DNA of 64,000 nt, taken from assembly GCA_052034685.1 (NCBI GenBank), contig JBPOIH010000008.1, forward strand, positions 3,502 through 67,501, given 5' to 3'. Both the position numbers and the translations under genes were made by a program. Shown piece by piece: positions 54,113-63,500 of this stretch; the first letter of the stretch is position 1, and the number at the start of each line of letters is the position of its first letter. A model generated the notes under the pieces. It worked only from the letters and a program-made list of their open reading frames with translations, did no database searches and was not told the origin of the DNA. Source of the DNA: Patescibacteria group bacterium (GTDB lineage: Bacteria > Patescibacteriota > Saccharimonadia > Saccharimonadales > CAYUUR01).

Positions 54113-54868
54113 ATGCAATCGATCCAAGTAACACAAAAAGCGATCCAAGAAATTAGCCGCGGCGAACGCCATGCATTGTTGCTGGTTGGGGCTGCCGCGC
54201 CTTTTTTGGTCGGCGAGGCTGTAGAGCTTGTCAGCCAAGACGCTTCCGAATCTGTCGGCACGATCACTGTCCGCGAGGTTTTGAGTCGGCGATTGCGTGA
54301 TTTTCCTAACCACGAAGACTTGTTAGTTGAAGCCATTGCACCGCATGACTTTGACCCAGACCTCATAGCTACAAAGATAACCTTTTCGTTCCAGCCACAT
54401 GAAAAAAAGCATGAAGTGGAAGGAAATGTTGTAAAAAAATACACAAATATAACAGAGGTAAGTTTGTATGGTGACGGTGGTTCACGTGGTAACCCGGGTC
54501 CGTCTGCTGCCGGTTGGGTTATTTACGACATGGACGGGAATATACTTAAAAGTGACGGCCACTACATGGGCATTACAACCAATAATCAAGCTGAGTACAC
54601 GGCGCTTAAGCTCGGTCTTCTTGATGCTGAACGACTCGGCGCACAACGCGTCAATGTATTCATGGATAGTTTGTTGGTTATTAACCAGCTCAAGGGAGTC
54701 TACAAGGTTAAGAATAAGGAGCTTTGGCCGATTTATGCGGCGATTGTGCAGCAGTGTGAGCAGGCCTTTGACAGTGTGACCTTCACGCACGTGCCGCGAG
54801 AAAAGAATAAAGAGGCTGATGCTATGGTCAACAAAGTTCTGGACGAAGTAGCAGAATCAAATAATTAA
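54113..54868 (+). CDS. RNase H (type 1) with an N-terminal ASCH/PUA-like extension
   Basis: The C-terminal half (LYGDGGSRGNPGPSAAG...NNQAEYTALKLGL...MDSLLVINQ...REKNKEAD) carries the DEDD RNase HI residues. The N-terminal domain of about 110 aa is unassigned. Confidence 0.75.
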   Translation: MQSIQVTQKAIQEISRGERHALLLVGAAAPFLVGEAVELVSQDASESVGTITVREVLSRRLRDFPNHEDLLVEAIAPHDFDPDLIATKITFSFQPHEKKHEVEGNVVKKYTNITEVSLYGDGGSRGNPGPSAAGWVIYDMDGNILKSDGHYMGITTNNQAEYTALKLGLLDAERLGAQRVNVFMDSLLVINQLKGVYKVKNKELWPIYAAIVQQCEQAFDSVTFTHVPREKNKEADAMVNKVLDEVAESNN

Positions 54869-54882
54869 GGTATAATAACAGA

Positions 54883-55233
54883 GCTAGATTATTGGCTAGT
54901 CGCCGCGTATTTTATACGGGGAGGAAAGTCCGGGCAGCATAGGGAATGACAGTTGCTAACGGCAACCGAGGGAAACCTTAGGGAAAGTGCCACAGAAACG
55001 ATACCGCCCAGCCTCGGTTGGGAACGGGTGAAACGAGTGAGGTAAAAGCTCACAGCTGCCTACGGTGACGTAGGGAGGAGGTAAACCCTGTCTGCTGCAA
55101 GGAGATAGACCTACTAGGGTTCCCGCCACGGTTTATCGCTTATCCGCTCGACCTTGTTGGTGACAACAAGGCTAGATAGATGATTAGCCCTCAGTTTACT
55201 GGGGACAGAACCCGGCTTATAGATAATCTAGCT
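54883..55233 (+). ncRNA. rnpB: RNase P RNA (bacterial type A)
   Basis: P1 pairing AGCTAGATTAT/ATAATCTAGCT. Conserved GAGGAAAGTCCGGGC (P4 5' strand) and ACAGAACCCGGCTTA (P4 3' strand). Confidence 0.9.
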
Positions 55234-55259
55234 TTATAACAAGCGCTGTACCGCGCGAG

Positions 55260-55293
55260 GTAAAACCACCCCAGATATTAGGGGTGGTTTTAC
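55260..55293. terminator. Bidirectional terminator between rnpB and the HIT gene
   Basis: GTAAAACCACCCC agatatta GGGGTGGTTTTAC (13-bp stem). Confidence 0.75.
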
Positions 55294-55721
55294 TATTTCG
55301 CTAACAGCAGACGAGGTTTTTCTACATATATCAGGCTTCGTACTTTTGGCCCGAGTTTGATGAGATGGGTGTGCTGATGGATGACGGATTTCATTTTATT
55401 GGTTGGTGCGCGGGCGTAAACTGAGTAACCTGCAGCTTCATATTTAGCGAGCATACGCATGAACTCTGTTTGCTCGGACCCATTAAAGTGAGAGACGGAG
55501 TCGATGTGACGCTTTGGTACGATCATTAGATGATCCTTTACGGTGGAGATATCCCAAACATCGTAAGGGAAAAGATTGCGTACGACCCACATTGTTTTTG
55601 TTTGCTCAAGTATCTCGTCCTTGGCTGGACTAAAGTGGCAGAATTGACACGGCGCGTCGGTAGCGCGACGGGTGTGATTGGCATAATAGAAGTGGTTTTT
55701 TCTGTTTCGAGTAGTCACCAC
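55293..55721 (-). CDS. HIT (histidine triad) family protein
   Basis: C-terminal histidine triad HQHTHLI, and an N-terminal CxxC (CQFCHF). Confidence 0.8.
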   Translation of the reverse strand: MVTTRNRKNHFYYANHTRRATDAPCQFCHFSPAKDEILEQTKTMWVVRNLFPYDVWDISTVKDHLMIVPKRHIDSVSHFNGSEQTEFMRMLAKYEAAGYSVYARAPTNKMKSVIHQHTHLIKLGPKVRSLIYVEKPRLLLAK

Positions 55722-55791
55722 AGTAGTATATCGAAAAATGCCACCTTAGAGAATAAGATGGCATTTCGTAGTAAGGTTTTTTATCTAGGCG

Positions 55792-56136
55792 TTAAACTTT
55801 AGCCGCTTTTACGACAGCTTCAAACGCTTTTGGTTCGTTTACAGCAAGCTCAGCCATTACCTTGCGGTCAAGGGTGATGTTGGCTTTCTTGAGTCCAGCG
55901 ATCAGGCGTGAGTAGGTTGTGCCATTAATGCGGGCAGCCGCATTAATGCGAGTGTTCCATAGCTGTCGGAATGTACGCTTACGATTCTTGCGGTCACGTG
56001 TAGCATAGACTAATGACTTAGTCAGTGCTTGCTTGCCACGGCGAACGCTTGAGCGGTTACCACGAGTAAAGCCTTTGGTTGCTTTACGAATTTTCTGATG
56101 TCGGGCATGGGCGGTGACGCCTCTTTTTACGCGCAT
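55792..56136 (-). CDS. rplT: 50S ribosomal protein L20
   Basis: [26 protein letters not shown]... is a canonical L20 N-terminus. Confidence 0.95.
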   Translation of the reverse strand: MRVKRGVTAHARHQKIRKATKGFTRGNRSSVRRGKQALTKSLVYATRDRKNRKRTFRQLWNTRINAAARINGTTYSRLIAGLKKANITLDRKVMAELAVNEPKAFEAVVKAAKV

Positions 56137-56139
56137 TCT

Positions 56140-56334
56140 CTATACTCCTAGATTCTTTTTAATGGTTCGGGCTTCTTTGCCGACCATTGTAGTTAGACCT
56201 GCAAAGCGTCGCTTGCGGGCAGCTGATTTCTTTTGCAACAGGTGGTTGCCGGTAGATTGTCGGCGACGAATCTTGCCGTTCTTGGTGACACGTATGCGGT
56301 CTTTAGTTCCGCTATGAGTCTTTAACTTTGGCAT
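56140..56334 (-). CDS. rpmI: 50S ribosomal protein L35
   Basis: MPKLKTHSGTKDRIRVTKNGKI. Lies between infC and rplT. Confidence 0.95.
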   Translation of the reverse strand: MPKLKTHSGTKDRIRVTKNGKIRRRQSTGNHLLQKKSAARKRRFAGLTTMVGKEARTIKKNLGV

Positions 56335-56842
56335 GTGGGTTACTCCTTACTACGAAGTTTAGTTGTTTTCCTGCAAATTGAGGTTTCGAGTCGACGATAA
56401 TGGTCTCTCCGAAGCTTTCTATCACCTTGGCGGCGAGCGTAAAGCCAATTTCTTTATGAGCGAGCTCACGGCCTCGGTACACGATGGTTAATTTTACCTT
56501 ATGTCCTGCTTGAAGGAAATCAGTAACTTTCTTCATCTTGACGCCCAGGTCGTGATCGCTAATCTTTAATCCAAATCTGATCTGTTTGAGAGCGGTGGCT
56601 TTAGCGCTGCGTTTACTTTTTTGGAGCTGCTTGGTTCGTTCATAGTTGAACTTACCCCAGTTCACAATCTTGGCCACGGGCGGATCGGCGTTTGGCGATA
56701 TTTCTACCAAGTCCAGATCTTGTTCGCGAGCAAGTTGCAAAGCTTCACTTTTGGAAAGGACGCCGAGCTGTTGACCTTCCTCATCAATCACGCGTAAACG
56801 TGGTGCCCGAATCTGTTCATTCAGGCGGGTAAACTTATTGAT
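56312..56842 (-). CDS. infC: Translation initiation factor IF-3, with a proposed non-canonical ATC start
   Basis: The conserved N-terminus INKFTRLNEQIRAPRLRVIDEEGQQLGV extends 17 codons upstream of the GTG at 56791 with no ATG/GTG/TTG. The ATC at 56842 lies 9 nt after AAAGGAG. Confidence 0.8.
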   Translation of the reverse strand: MNKFTRLNEQIRAPRLRVIDEEGQQLGVLSKSEALQLAREQDLDLVEISPNADPPVAKIVNWGKFNYERTKQLQKSKRSAKATALKQIRFGLKISDHDLGVKMKKVTDFLQAGHKVKLTIVYRGRELAHKEIGFTLAAKVIESFGETIIVDSKPQFAGKQLNFVVRSNPHAKVKDS

Positions 56843-56969
56843 GCCGTTATTCTCCTTTAATGATTTGGATTTACTGCATTGTAACAGATGGCATAACAGA
56901 GGTCAACTATCTTATGTTAGATCAAGGTTATTTTTTGGCTTTATAAGGTGTTTTTTGAAATTTCTCGTC

Positions 56970-58490
56970 TTAAGTTATGCTTGAGCTTTGACGACGATAT
57001 TGCAAAGCCTCGCTGACATGTGCAGGTGTGGTGTCAGCGCTTTGCTCCAGGTCGGCGATAGTGCGCGCTACCTTAATGCAGCGCATGTAGCCTCGAGCAG
57101 AAAGCCCGAGTTTGCTCGCAGCTCTGTTTAGTAGCTGTTCCGCAGCAGGGCTGAGTTGGCTGTAACGTTTGATGTCGGTATTGTTCATGGTGCGGTTCAG
57201 TCGGGCTGGCTCATAGCGTTGCGCTTGTAGTTGCCGAGCTCTCTCAACCCGTTCGAGAATCGCGCTGCTTGGCTCTTCGTTGGTATCGGTGTTGAGAAGC
57301 CGTTCGTGAGCGACTTCCTCTACCTCAACGTATAGATCAATACGGTCAAGGATGGGCCCCGAAAGCTTCTTTTCGTAGTTAATAATTTGCTGCGGAAGGC
57401 AGGTGCAGGCACGCCGACTTCCGTAATAACCACACGGGCAGGGGTTTGCTGTGGCGACCATAATAAACCGAGCTGGATATGTGACACTCTGTTTTGCTCG
57501 AGCAACGTGGATGACTCCGTCTTCGAGCGGTTGCCGCAGTGCTTCTATGACAGAGCGATTGAACTCAGGAAACTCATCAAAAAACAAAACACCGTGGTGA
57601 CTTAGGCTAATCTCGCCCGGCAGCGGACGAGAGCCGCCACCGAGTATCGCAGTATTGCTGGAACTATGATGCGGCGAGCGGAAGGGCCGAGTGTTTACGA
57701 TCTCCTCAAAAGTATTACTGGCAAGACTATGAAGATGTGTTACCTCAAGCATCTCTTCTCTGGTGAGAGCTGGCATTATGGTCGGTAGAGCTTGCGCCAA
57801 CATACTCTTACCTGTTCCGGGCGGCCCGTTTAAAATTACGTTATGTCCGCCAGCTGCAGCTATCTCAAGCGCACGTTTGGCTCGTTTCTGACCAATGACA
57901 TGTGCAAAGTTATGGTCCGCTTGGTTGCTGTATTGAGGGGGTAGATACGAGTCTTCGTTTGTTTGGTGTTCTGTAATCTGCTTGTGCTCGGCTAAGTGCT
58001 CGTACAACTGTTTAAGACTTGTGATTGGGAACAGGGAAATACCCGGTATAAGACTTGCTTGTGCAAGGTTAGCTTGTGGAATGACAAAATGCGAATAGCC
58101 TTTCTTGCGGCCCGCCATCAGTTTGCCAATAATGCCACGAACCGGTCGGGTACTTCCGTCTAAACCCAATTCGCCTATGTAGAGTGTTTCTTTGGGAAAG
58201 ACAGGTTTCCCCATGCTTGCGTTTATCAGAATCGCCGCTGCAATTGATATGTCAAAGCCAGCGCCGTCTTTTGGAATATCTGCAGGCGCCAGGTTAATGG
58301 TAATCCGTTTGCGAGGCAAGGGGATGAGTGAATTGGCAAAGGCAGCGCGCAATCGTTCCTTTGCTTCATCAACGGCTTTGCTAGCGGCGCCAACGATTAC
58401 CATACCAGGCAAGCTGTTACTTATGTGGCATTCAACCTCGATGATTGTGCCATCGGTCCCACTCTCAATTATACATTTGGTTGCACCCAT
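56970..58490 (-). CDS. comM: YifB/ComM family Mg-chelatase-like AAA+ ATPase
   Basis: N-terminal Lon-like domain (MVIVGAASKAVDEAKERL), Walker A GPPGTGKS, Walker B VLFFDEF, C-terminal Mg_chelatase_C. Start set at the ATG at 58490. Confidence 0.9.
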   Translation of the reverse strand: MGATKCIIESGTDGTIIEVECHISNSLPGMVIVGAASKAVDEAKERLRAAFANSLIPLPRKRITINLAPADIPKDGAGFDISIAAAILINASMGKPVFPKETLYIGELGLDGSTRPVRGIIGKLMAGRKKGYSHFVIPQANLAQASLIPGISLFPITSLKQLYEHLAEHKQITEHQTNEDSYLPPQYSNQADHNFAHVIGQKRAKRALEIAAAGGHNVILNGPPGTGKSMLAQALPTIMPALTREEMLEVTHLHSLASNTFEEIVNTRPFRSPHHSSSNTAILGGGSRPLPGEISLSHHGVLFFDEFPEFNRSVIEALRQPLEDGVIHVARAKQSVTYPARFIMVATANPCPCGYYGSRRACTCLPQQIINYEKKLSGPILDRIDLYVEVEEVAHERLLNTDTNEEPSSAILERVERARQLQAQRYEPARLNRTMNNTDIKRYSQLSPAAEQLLNRAASKLGLSARGYMRCIKVARTIADLEQSADTTPAHVSEALQYRRQSSSIT

Positions 58491-58529
58491 ATTGCTTACG
58501 CTATTATAACGTATGGTTTGTGCGATATC

Positions 58530-58561
58530 AAAAAAACCTGCCGTTATGAGGCAGGTTTTTT
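58530..58561. terminator. Bidirectional terminator hairpin
   Basis: A7-CCTGCC gttatga GGCAGG-T6. Confidence 0.7.
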
Positions 58562-58879
58562 GGAGGTTTTTGTGTGTGGTGTGAACTTTGGTTTTAAAGT
58601 TTTGGCTTTTCTTTTTTATGGAACAACGGCTTGCGAGAAGCCGTTGTTTTTGAGTCTTTTTGTTTTTGAGCACTTTTTTTATTCAAGTGCTGTCCCTATC
58701 TTATAAACAAGCCATTTCTATGTCAACACGTTTATGTTTGTTTTCTTCACAAACCTGTGTATAACTTTTCTTATCTGCAGTACGTCTTGTGGCAAAAAAC
58801 GGCCAATCAGCATCAAAATTCGGCTCACAGACGGTAAAATCCAAAGCTCTTGTATATATAAATACAAAAGCTAGCATAT

Positions 58880-59425
58880 ATGGGCATGAGAGAACTTAAC
58901 TATCGACAGCGGAGTGGGCAAGGATGCCTGAGTGTGTGTTTGGCCTATCTTTGCGGCCTAGAGCCCGATGAGACTTATGAACGATTCATGATGCAGCAAG
59001 GTTTTTTTGGTTTCCGGGATAATTTCGCACTGAGTATGCTTATGGCGTTTGTTCGCTACGGCGCCCGGAATCGTGCCTTAGTTATAAGTTTTGGCAATAA
59101 AGGGTATGCAAACCAGCTGCAGCGTCAGCTTTCTAACCAGTACGTTTCAATTGATTACACCTCGATCCCCGAGCTACTTGAACATCCCGTTAGCCGTCCG
59201 TACATACTATATGTCGATAATCACGCGTTGGGATCTCATTATCATTATCCACATTTCGTATTAGTACTGGCTTCGAGTGCCAAAACGATGACAATATTTG
59301 ACCCATGGGATGGCGCACAAAAGCGCGTATCGCGCACTAAGATTATACGTGCTGTTGATATGTTGCAAAACCATTTACGTATCAGCCCAGCTGCAATATT
59401 TGCCGCAGAAACAATACATAACTAA
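58880..59425 (+). CDS. Putative papain-like (C39-like) cysteine peptidase domain protein
   Basis: N-terminal Q..GCLSVCLAYL (candidate nucleophile Cys) and a downstream HFVLV...DPWDG (candidate His/Asp). Low-confidence pattern match. Confidence 0.35.
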   Translation: MGMRELNYRQRSGQGCLSVCLAYLCGLEPDETYERFMMQQGFFGFRDNFALSMLMAFVRYGARNRALVISFGNKGYANQLQRQLSNQYVSIDYTSIPELLEHPVSRPYILYVDNHALGSHYHYPHFVLVLASSAKTMTIFDPWDGAQKRVSRTKIIRAVDMLQNHLRISPAAIFAAETIHN

Positions 59426-59538
59426 TAGATCAGTGTAAAAATCACAATAAATAATTGTTCAATTTTACATCTGTAACGTTGTGCTATACGGTACAGAACA
59501 CTATTGACAAAGTGCTTATGCTGTAGTAGATTAATAAG

Positions 59539-59742
59539 CGTAAGTTACGAACACAAAAACTTACAAATCTCTTCAAAAGGTTCTAAGGTCTTCGTCGCTC
59601 TGCTACGCCTAAAGCGCAGTATGAGCGGTCAGTCAAGCCATCGGACGGCAAGCGCTCATTAGTCTATTTAAAGCAGCGGTTTTGTCGTCCTGGCTACCAT
59701 TTTGAACCGCATAAAACATCACAGAGTACGTGATGTTTTTTT
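59539..59742 (+). ncRNA. Candidate small RNA (about 200 nt) with its own promoter and terminator
   Basis: TTGACA (59504-59509), a 17-nt spacer, TAGATT (59527-59532). Terminator AACATCAC agagtac GTGATGTT plus a T-run (59715-59742). Internal hairpins. Longest internal ATG ORF is 13 codons. Confidence 0.45.
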
Positions 59743-59764
59743 AATGAACTGCTACAGTGTAGGC

Positions 59765-60115
59765 ATGGTAAAAAAACATAAGCAAATTCTACTGATTGTA
59801 GCTTTTTGGCTGGCGTTGGCGGCCATGATCTTTTTATTGAACCCCCAAGACGCTCCATTACCTTTGCTTATAGTGCCGTTTGTGCTTTTTTTTGCTGCTT
59901 TGTACCATTCTGCTAAGTATTTTTTACATCAGGTTACTCCAAATATGTCTGTTACACGGGTGAGTTTGCTTGCCGTTTCAGCGTCGGCGGTACCGACATT
60001 TCTGTTAGTGCTGAGCTCTGTTGAACAGTTAACTATTCGCGATATTTTGCTACTAGCCACTCTGTTAATAATGACAGTTTTTTATGTTCGGAAAAGTCAT
60101 ATTTTTAACCAATAA
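59765..60115 (+). CDS. Small integral membrane protein
   Basis: Three TM helices. The ATGs at 59765 or 59744 lie downstream of the terminator and are preferred over 59702. Confidence 0.5.
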   Translation: MVKKHKQILLIVAFWLALAAMIFLLNPQDAPLPLLIVPFVLFFAALYHSAKYFLHQVTPNMSVTRVSLLAVSASAVPTFLLVLSSVEQLTIRDILLLATLLIMTVFYVRKSHIFNQ

Positions 60116-60162
60116 ACGCCTCTGTTAAGCTAAAGGTTTATTTGCTATAATTCATACCAACG

Positions 60163-60567
60163 ATGAACCCAAATAGTAACGACCACTCACAAAACTATAA
60201 TTTGCCCAAGCCGCAGCCTGAGGTGAGTGCAGTTGATCCTCTCGCAGAACGTCTGGCAAGCGAAGGTTCTGCCATAGGTCCAGAGGCAGCACCGCAAGCG
60301 CCGTCTATTTCTGTGCCGAGCGTTGCTATACCTGCGGTGCCCAATCCTGCTACCACCGCCACAACAGGCACGACAACGCCACTCAGTGACGATCAACTGA
60401 TGGCCGATGACGCGGATTTAATTGAAAAAGAGTGGGTTAACAAAGCTAAAGCTATCGTTGACAACACTCGAAACGACCCACATCTTCAGAACAAACAGAT
60501 TAATCTGGTAAAAGCCGACTACATAAAGAAGCGATACAACAAAGATATTAAGGTAAGCAAGGACTAA
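60163..60567 (+). CDS. Hypothetical protein (134 aa) with a disordered Pro/Ala-rich N-terminus
   Basis: TGCTATAAT box 11 nt upstream. Its stop lies directly before the start of the VirD4-like gene. Confidence 0.5.
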   Translation: MNPNSNDHSQNYNLPKPQPEVSAVDPLAERLASEGSAIGPEAAPQAPSISVPSVAIPAVPNPATTATTGTTTPLSDDQLMADDADLIEKEWVNKAKAIVDNTRNDPHLQNKQINLVKADYIKKRYNKDIKVSKD

Positions 60568-60568
60568 C

Positions 60569-63500
60569 GTGGGCGTATTCTTAATCATTCTTTGCGTACT
60601 GTTACTACTGGCTGCTGGGGTAGGTTTTGCTATTTATCTTCACTCGAGGAAGGTATTGCGTGAGCAGAAGAACTACGAACGTGGCCTCAAGATGGTGCCG
60701 CTCCTAATCCATTTACCGCCAATAAGTGAAGACACCCAAGTGGGTGGACGTGATGCTCGCGAAGTAAACGATGAAAACGTTTCCAAAGCACAAGTTGTTT
60801 ACAATATTATATCGAGCACCGTACAAAAAGGCTTCAAAACGAAGTTTTATGGCCAGAGGCATTTTGCTTTTGAAATTATCGGCTCGAGAGGTTTTGTACA
60901 GTTCTATGCTGCTGTGCCAATTGTACTTGTAGATGTAGTGAAGCAGGCGGTTGTGAGTGCCTACCCGACCGCACGCCTTGAGGAGGTTGCTGAACATAAC
61001 ATATTCAGTCCGGTGGGCAAGATCAGCGGTACGGTTGGCGGTGAGCTGACTTTGAAGGAGCCATATGCCTACCCGATCGCGACATTCCGAGATCTCAAGC
61101 GTGATGCTCTACAGTCGATTCTGAATGCGCTATCAACGCTTGATAAAGAAGATGGAGCTGGTATCCAGATCTTAATGCGACCCGCAAACAATGATTGGCG
61201 CAAAACTGCACAGGCAGTAGCAAGTAAGAAACGAAAAGGTGATAAGAGCAAGAAAGGCACTGCGCAAGTCGGCGAGTGGGGTAAACAGCTTGCAACTGCG
61301 CTGGTTAAACCGCCAGAAGACAAGAGTGGTGGAGGTAGCGACAAGCCTGATCTTTCATCTCATGAGCAGTCGGTCGTTGACGCGATAGATGACAAGACTA
61401 ACCACCCAGGCTATGAAGTTTTGATACGCGTTGTAGCTTCGTCAAACGTTGTGCAGCGCTCACAGACGATATTGAGTAATATCGTTGCTTCATTCTCGTT
61501 GTTTGATGCGCCAGGGCGCAACGGGTTCAAGTTTACGCCATCGAAGGACATCGATAGCTTCGTAACAGCATATATTTTGCGCTTTTTCCCGCAGGAGTGT
61601 AACCAGAATATTCTCAACTCTGTTGAGCTTGCAACAATCTTCCACTTCCCAGACCAGAAGAACATTCCAACGTCCCAGCTTGAGCGTCAAAGTTCTAAAC
61701 AAGCTGATGGGCCACGCAGTATGAGCGAGACAGGGACGTTCCTTGGCTACAACGTCTTCCGCGGTGTCAAAAAGCCAATACGACTGGCTGACGAAGATCG
61801 CCGTCGTCACATGTATCTTGTTGGACAAACAGGTACTGGTAAGTCGACCATGATGGAAAATCTGGCACTCCAGGACATGTTAAACGGTAAAGGCTTTGCG
61901 TATATCGACCCGCATGGCGACGGTGCCGAACGATTACTGTCTATGGTGCCAAAAGAGCGTACCGAAGACGTCATATACTTCTGTCCGTCAGATATGGACT
62001 ATCCGCTCGGGCTTAACTTGTTTGAGTTCGATAACCCGGACCAGAAAGACTTCTTGATTCAGGAAGCTATCAACATTCTATATAAGCTGTATGATCCAAA
62101 CAGACAGGGCATGATGGGGCCACGGTTTGAACATATCTTCCGCAACTGTGCACTCCTACTGATGGCTGACCCTGCAGGTGGAACGTTCGTTGATATACCG
62201 AAGTTACTGGTTGACCCAGCATTTATGAAAGCAAAACTTAAGCACGTTACTGATCAGAACGTCCTGGATTTCTGGACAAAGGAATGGCCAAACTCACAGC
62301 GCTCCAATGAATCAGGAGAAGTCACGAGCTGGGTGGCCAGTAAGTTTGGCGCCTTTCTCTCTAATGAGATGATGCGCAATATTATTGGACAGACAGAGAG
62401 CGCCTTTCAGATCAGACAAATTATGGATGAAGGCAAGATACTGCTTGTTAATCTCAGCAAGGGAAAAACAGGGGAGTTAAACTCCAAGCTTCTCGGTATG
62501 ATCTTTGTAATGAAATTCCAGGCTGCAGCTATGAGTCGGTCGGATATCCCAGAAGATGACCGCAAAGATTTCTCTTTGTACGTTGATGAGTTCCAGAACT
62601 TCTCGACTGATTCTTTTGCTACGATTTTGTCAGAGGCTCGGAAGTATCGATTGAACTTAACAGTGGCAAACCAGTTTACTACGCAGCTAACAGAAGAGAT
62701 TCGCGATGCGGTATTTGGTAACATTGGTTCAATAATTGCGTTTCGTGTTGGCACTAATGACGCAGAATTCTTGGCCAAACAATTTGCGCCTGTTTTTGAC
62801 GTCGATGACCTGCAGCGCGTGCCAAATCATAACGCGATCGTTCGAATGCTTATCGGCGGTGTTCCAACGCAGTCCTTTAGTATGTCTACGGTGCCACTTT
62901 TGGGTGAACCTAATACACAACTCGGTCAGGCATTGAAACAGCTCTCAGCGGCTAAGCATGGCCGTCCAAGAGCAAAAGTGAGCGGTGAGATAATGGAAAG
63001 ATTGCGGTCACAACCTGCACCATTGGCGCCAGCTGGCGCAAGACCAGGCGCTCGACCTGGTATGCCGGCCGCTGGTCAGTATCCTCCAGCAGGGTATCCT
63101 GCCGGGCGCGCCGTGCCACCGCGACCTGCAGCCGGATCTTCATTCTTAGATGACTGGCTTGCCAAGCGTGGAACGAAGCCAATTGCTCCGCCGCCGACTA
63201 CAGGCTTTCCTCCGGCTAGACAAGTACCACCGCAACCAGCACCGGCATTTGGCCAGCGACCTGTCGCGTCACCAGTGCCAGCAGGTGTCCCGTCGGCTGT
63301 CCAGCATGCACCTGCACCGATGCCTCCTGCGTATCCACAGCCGTTGCACCACAGTCAGATGCCGCCAGCACCAGCTGCTACAGCTCACCATACATACTTG
63401 AATACACCTCCAGTCGCCGCGCCTACACCTGCGACTCAGCCACAGCAACCACTTCAACCGCCAAGTCACGTTGATACGCCGCCTGCCCAAGCTGAGCCAG

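Noticed and set aside
54073-54444. 124-codon N-terminal extension of the queA ORF
   Set aside because: The canonical QueA N-terminus (MKISDYDYQLPDELIA) starts at 54072 with a leaderless-type -10 box. The extension overlaps the divergent RNase H gene and has non-protein-like composition. The same logic trims comM (58491-58673), xer (15772-15864), ndk and rpmB.
59539-59742. Identification of the orphan transcript as 6S RNA or SRP RNA
   Set aside because: The 5' and 3' ends do not form the long closing helix expected for either RNA, and the two GTCGTC-containing segments are direct rather than inverted repeats. No conserved SRP apical motif is present.
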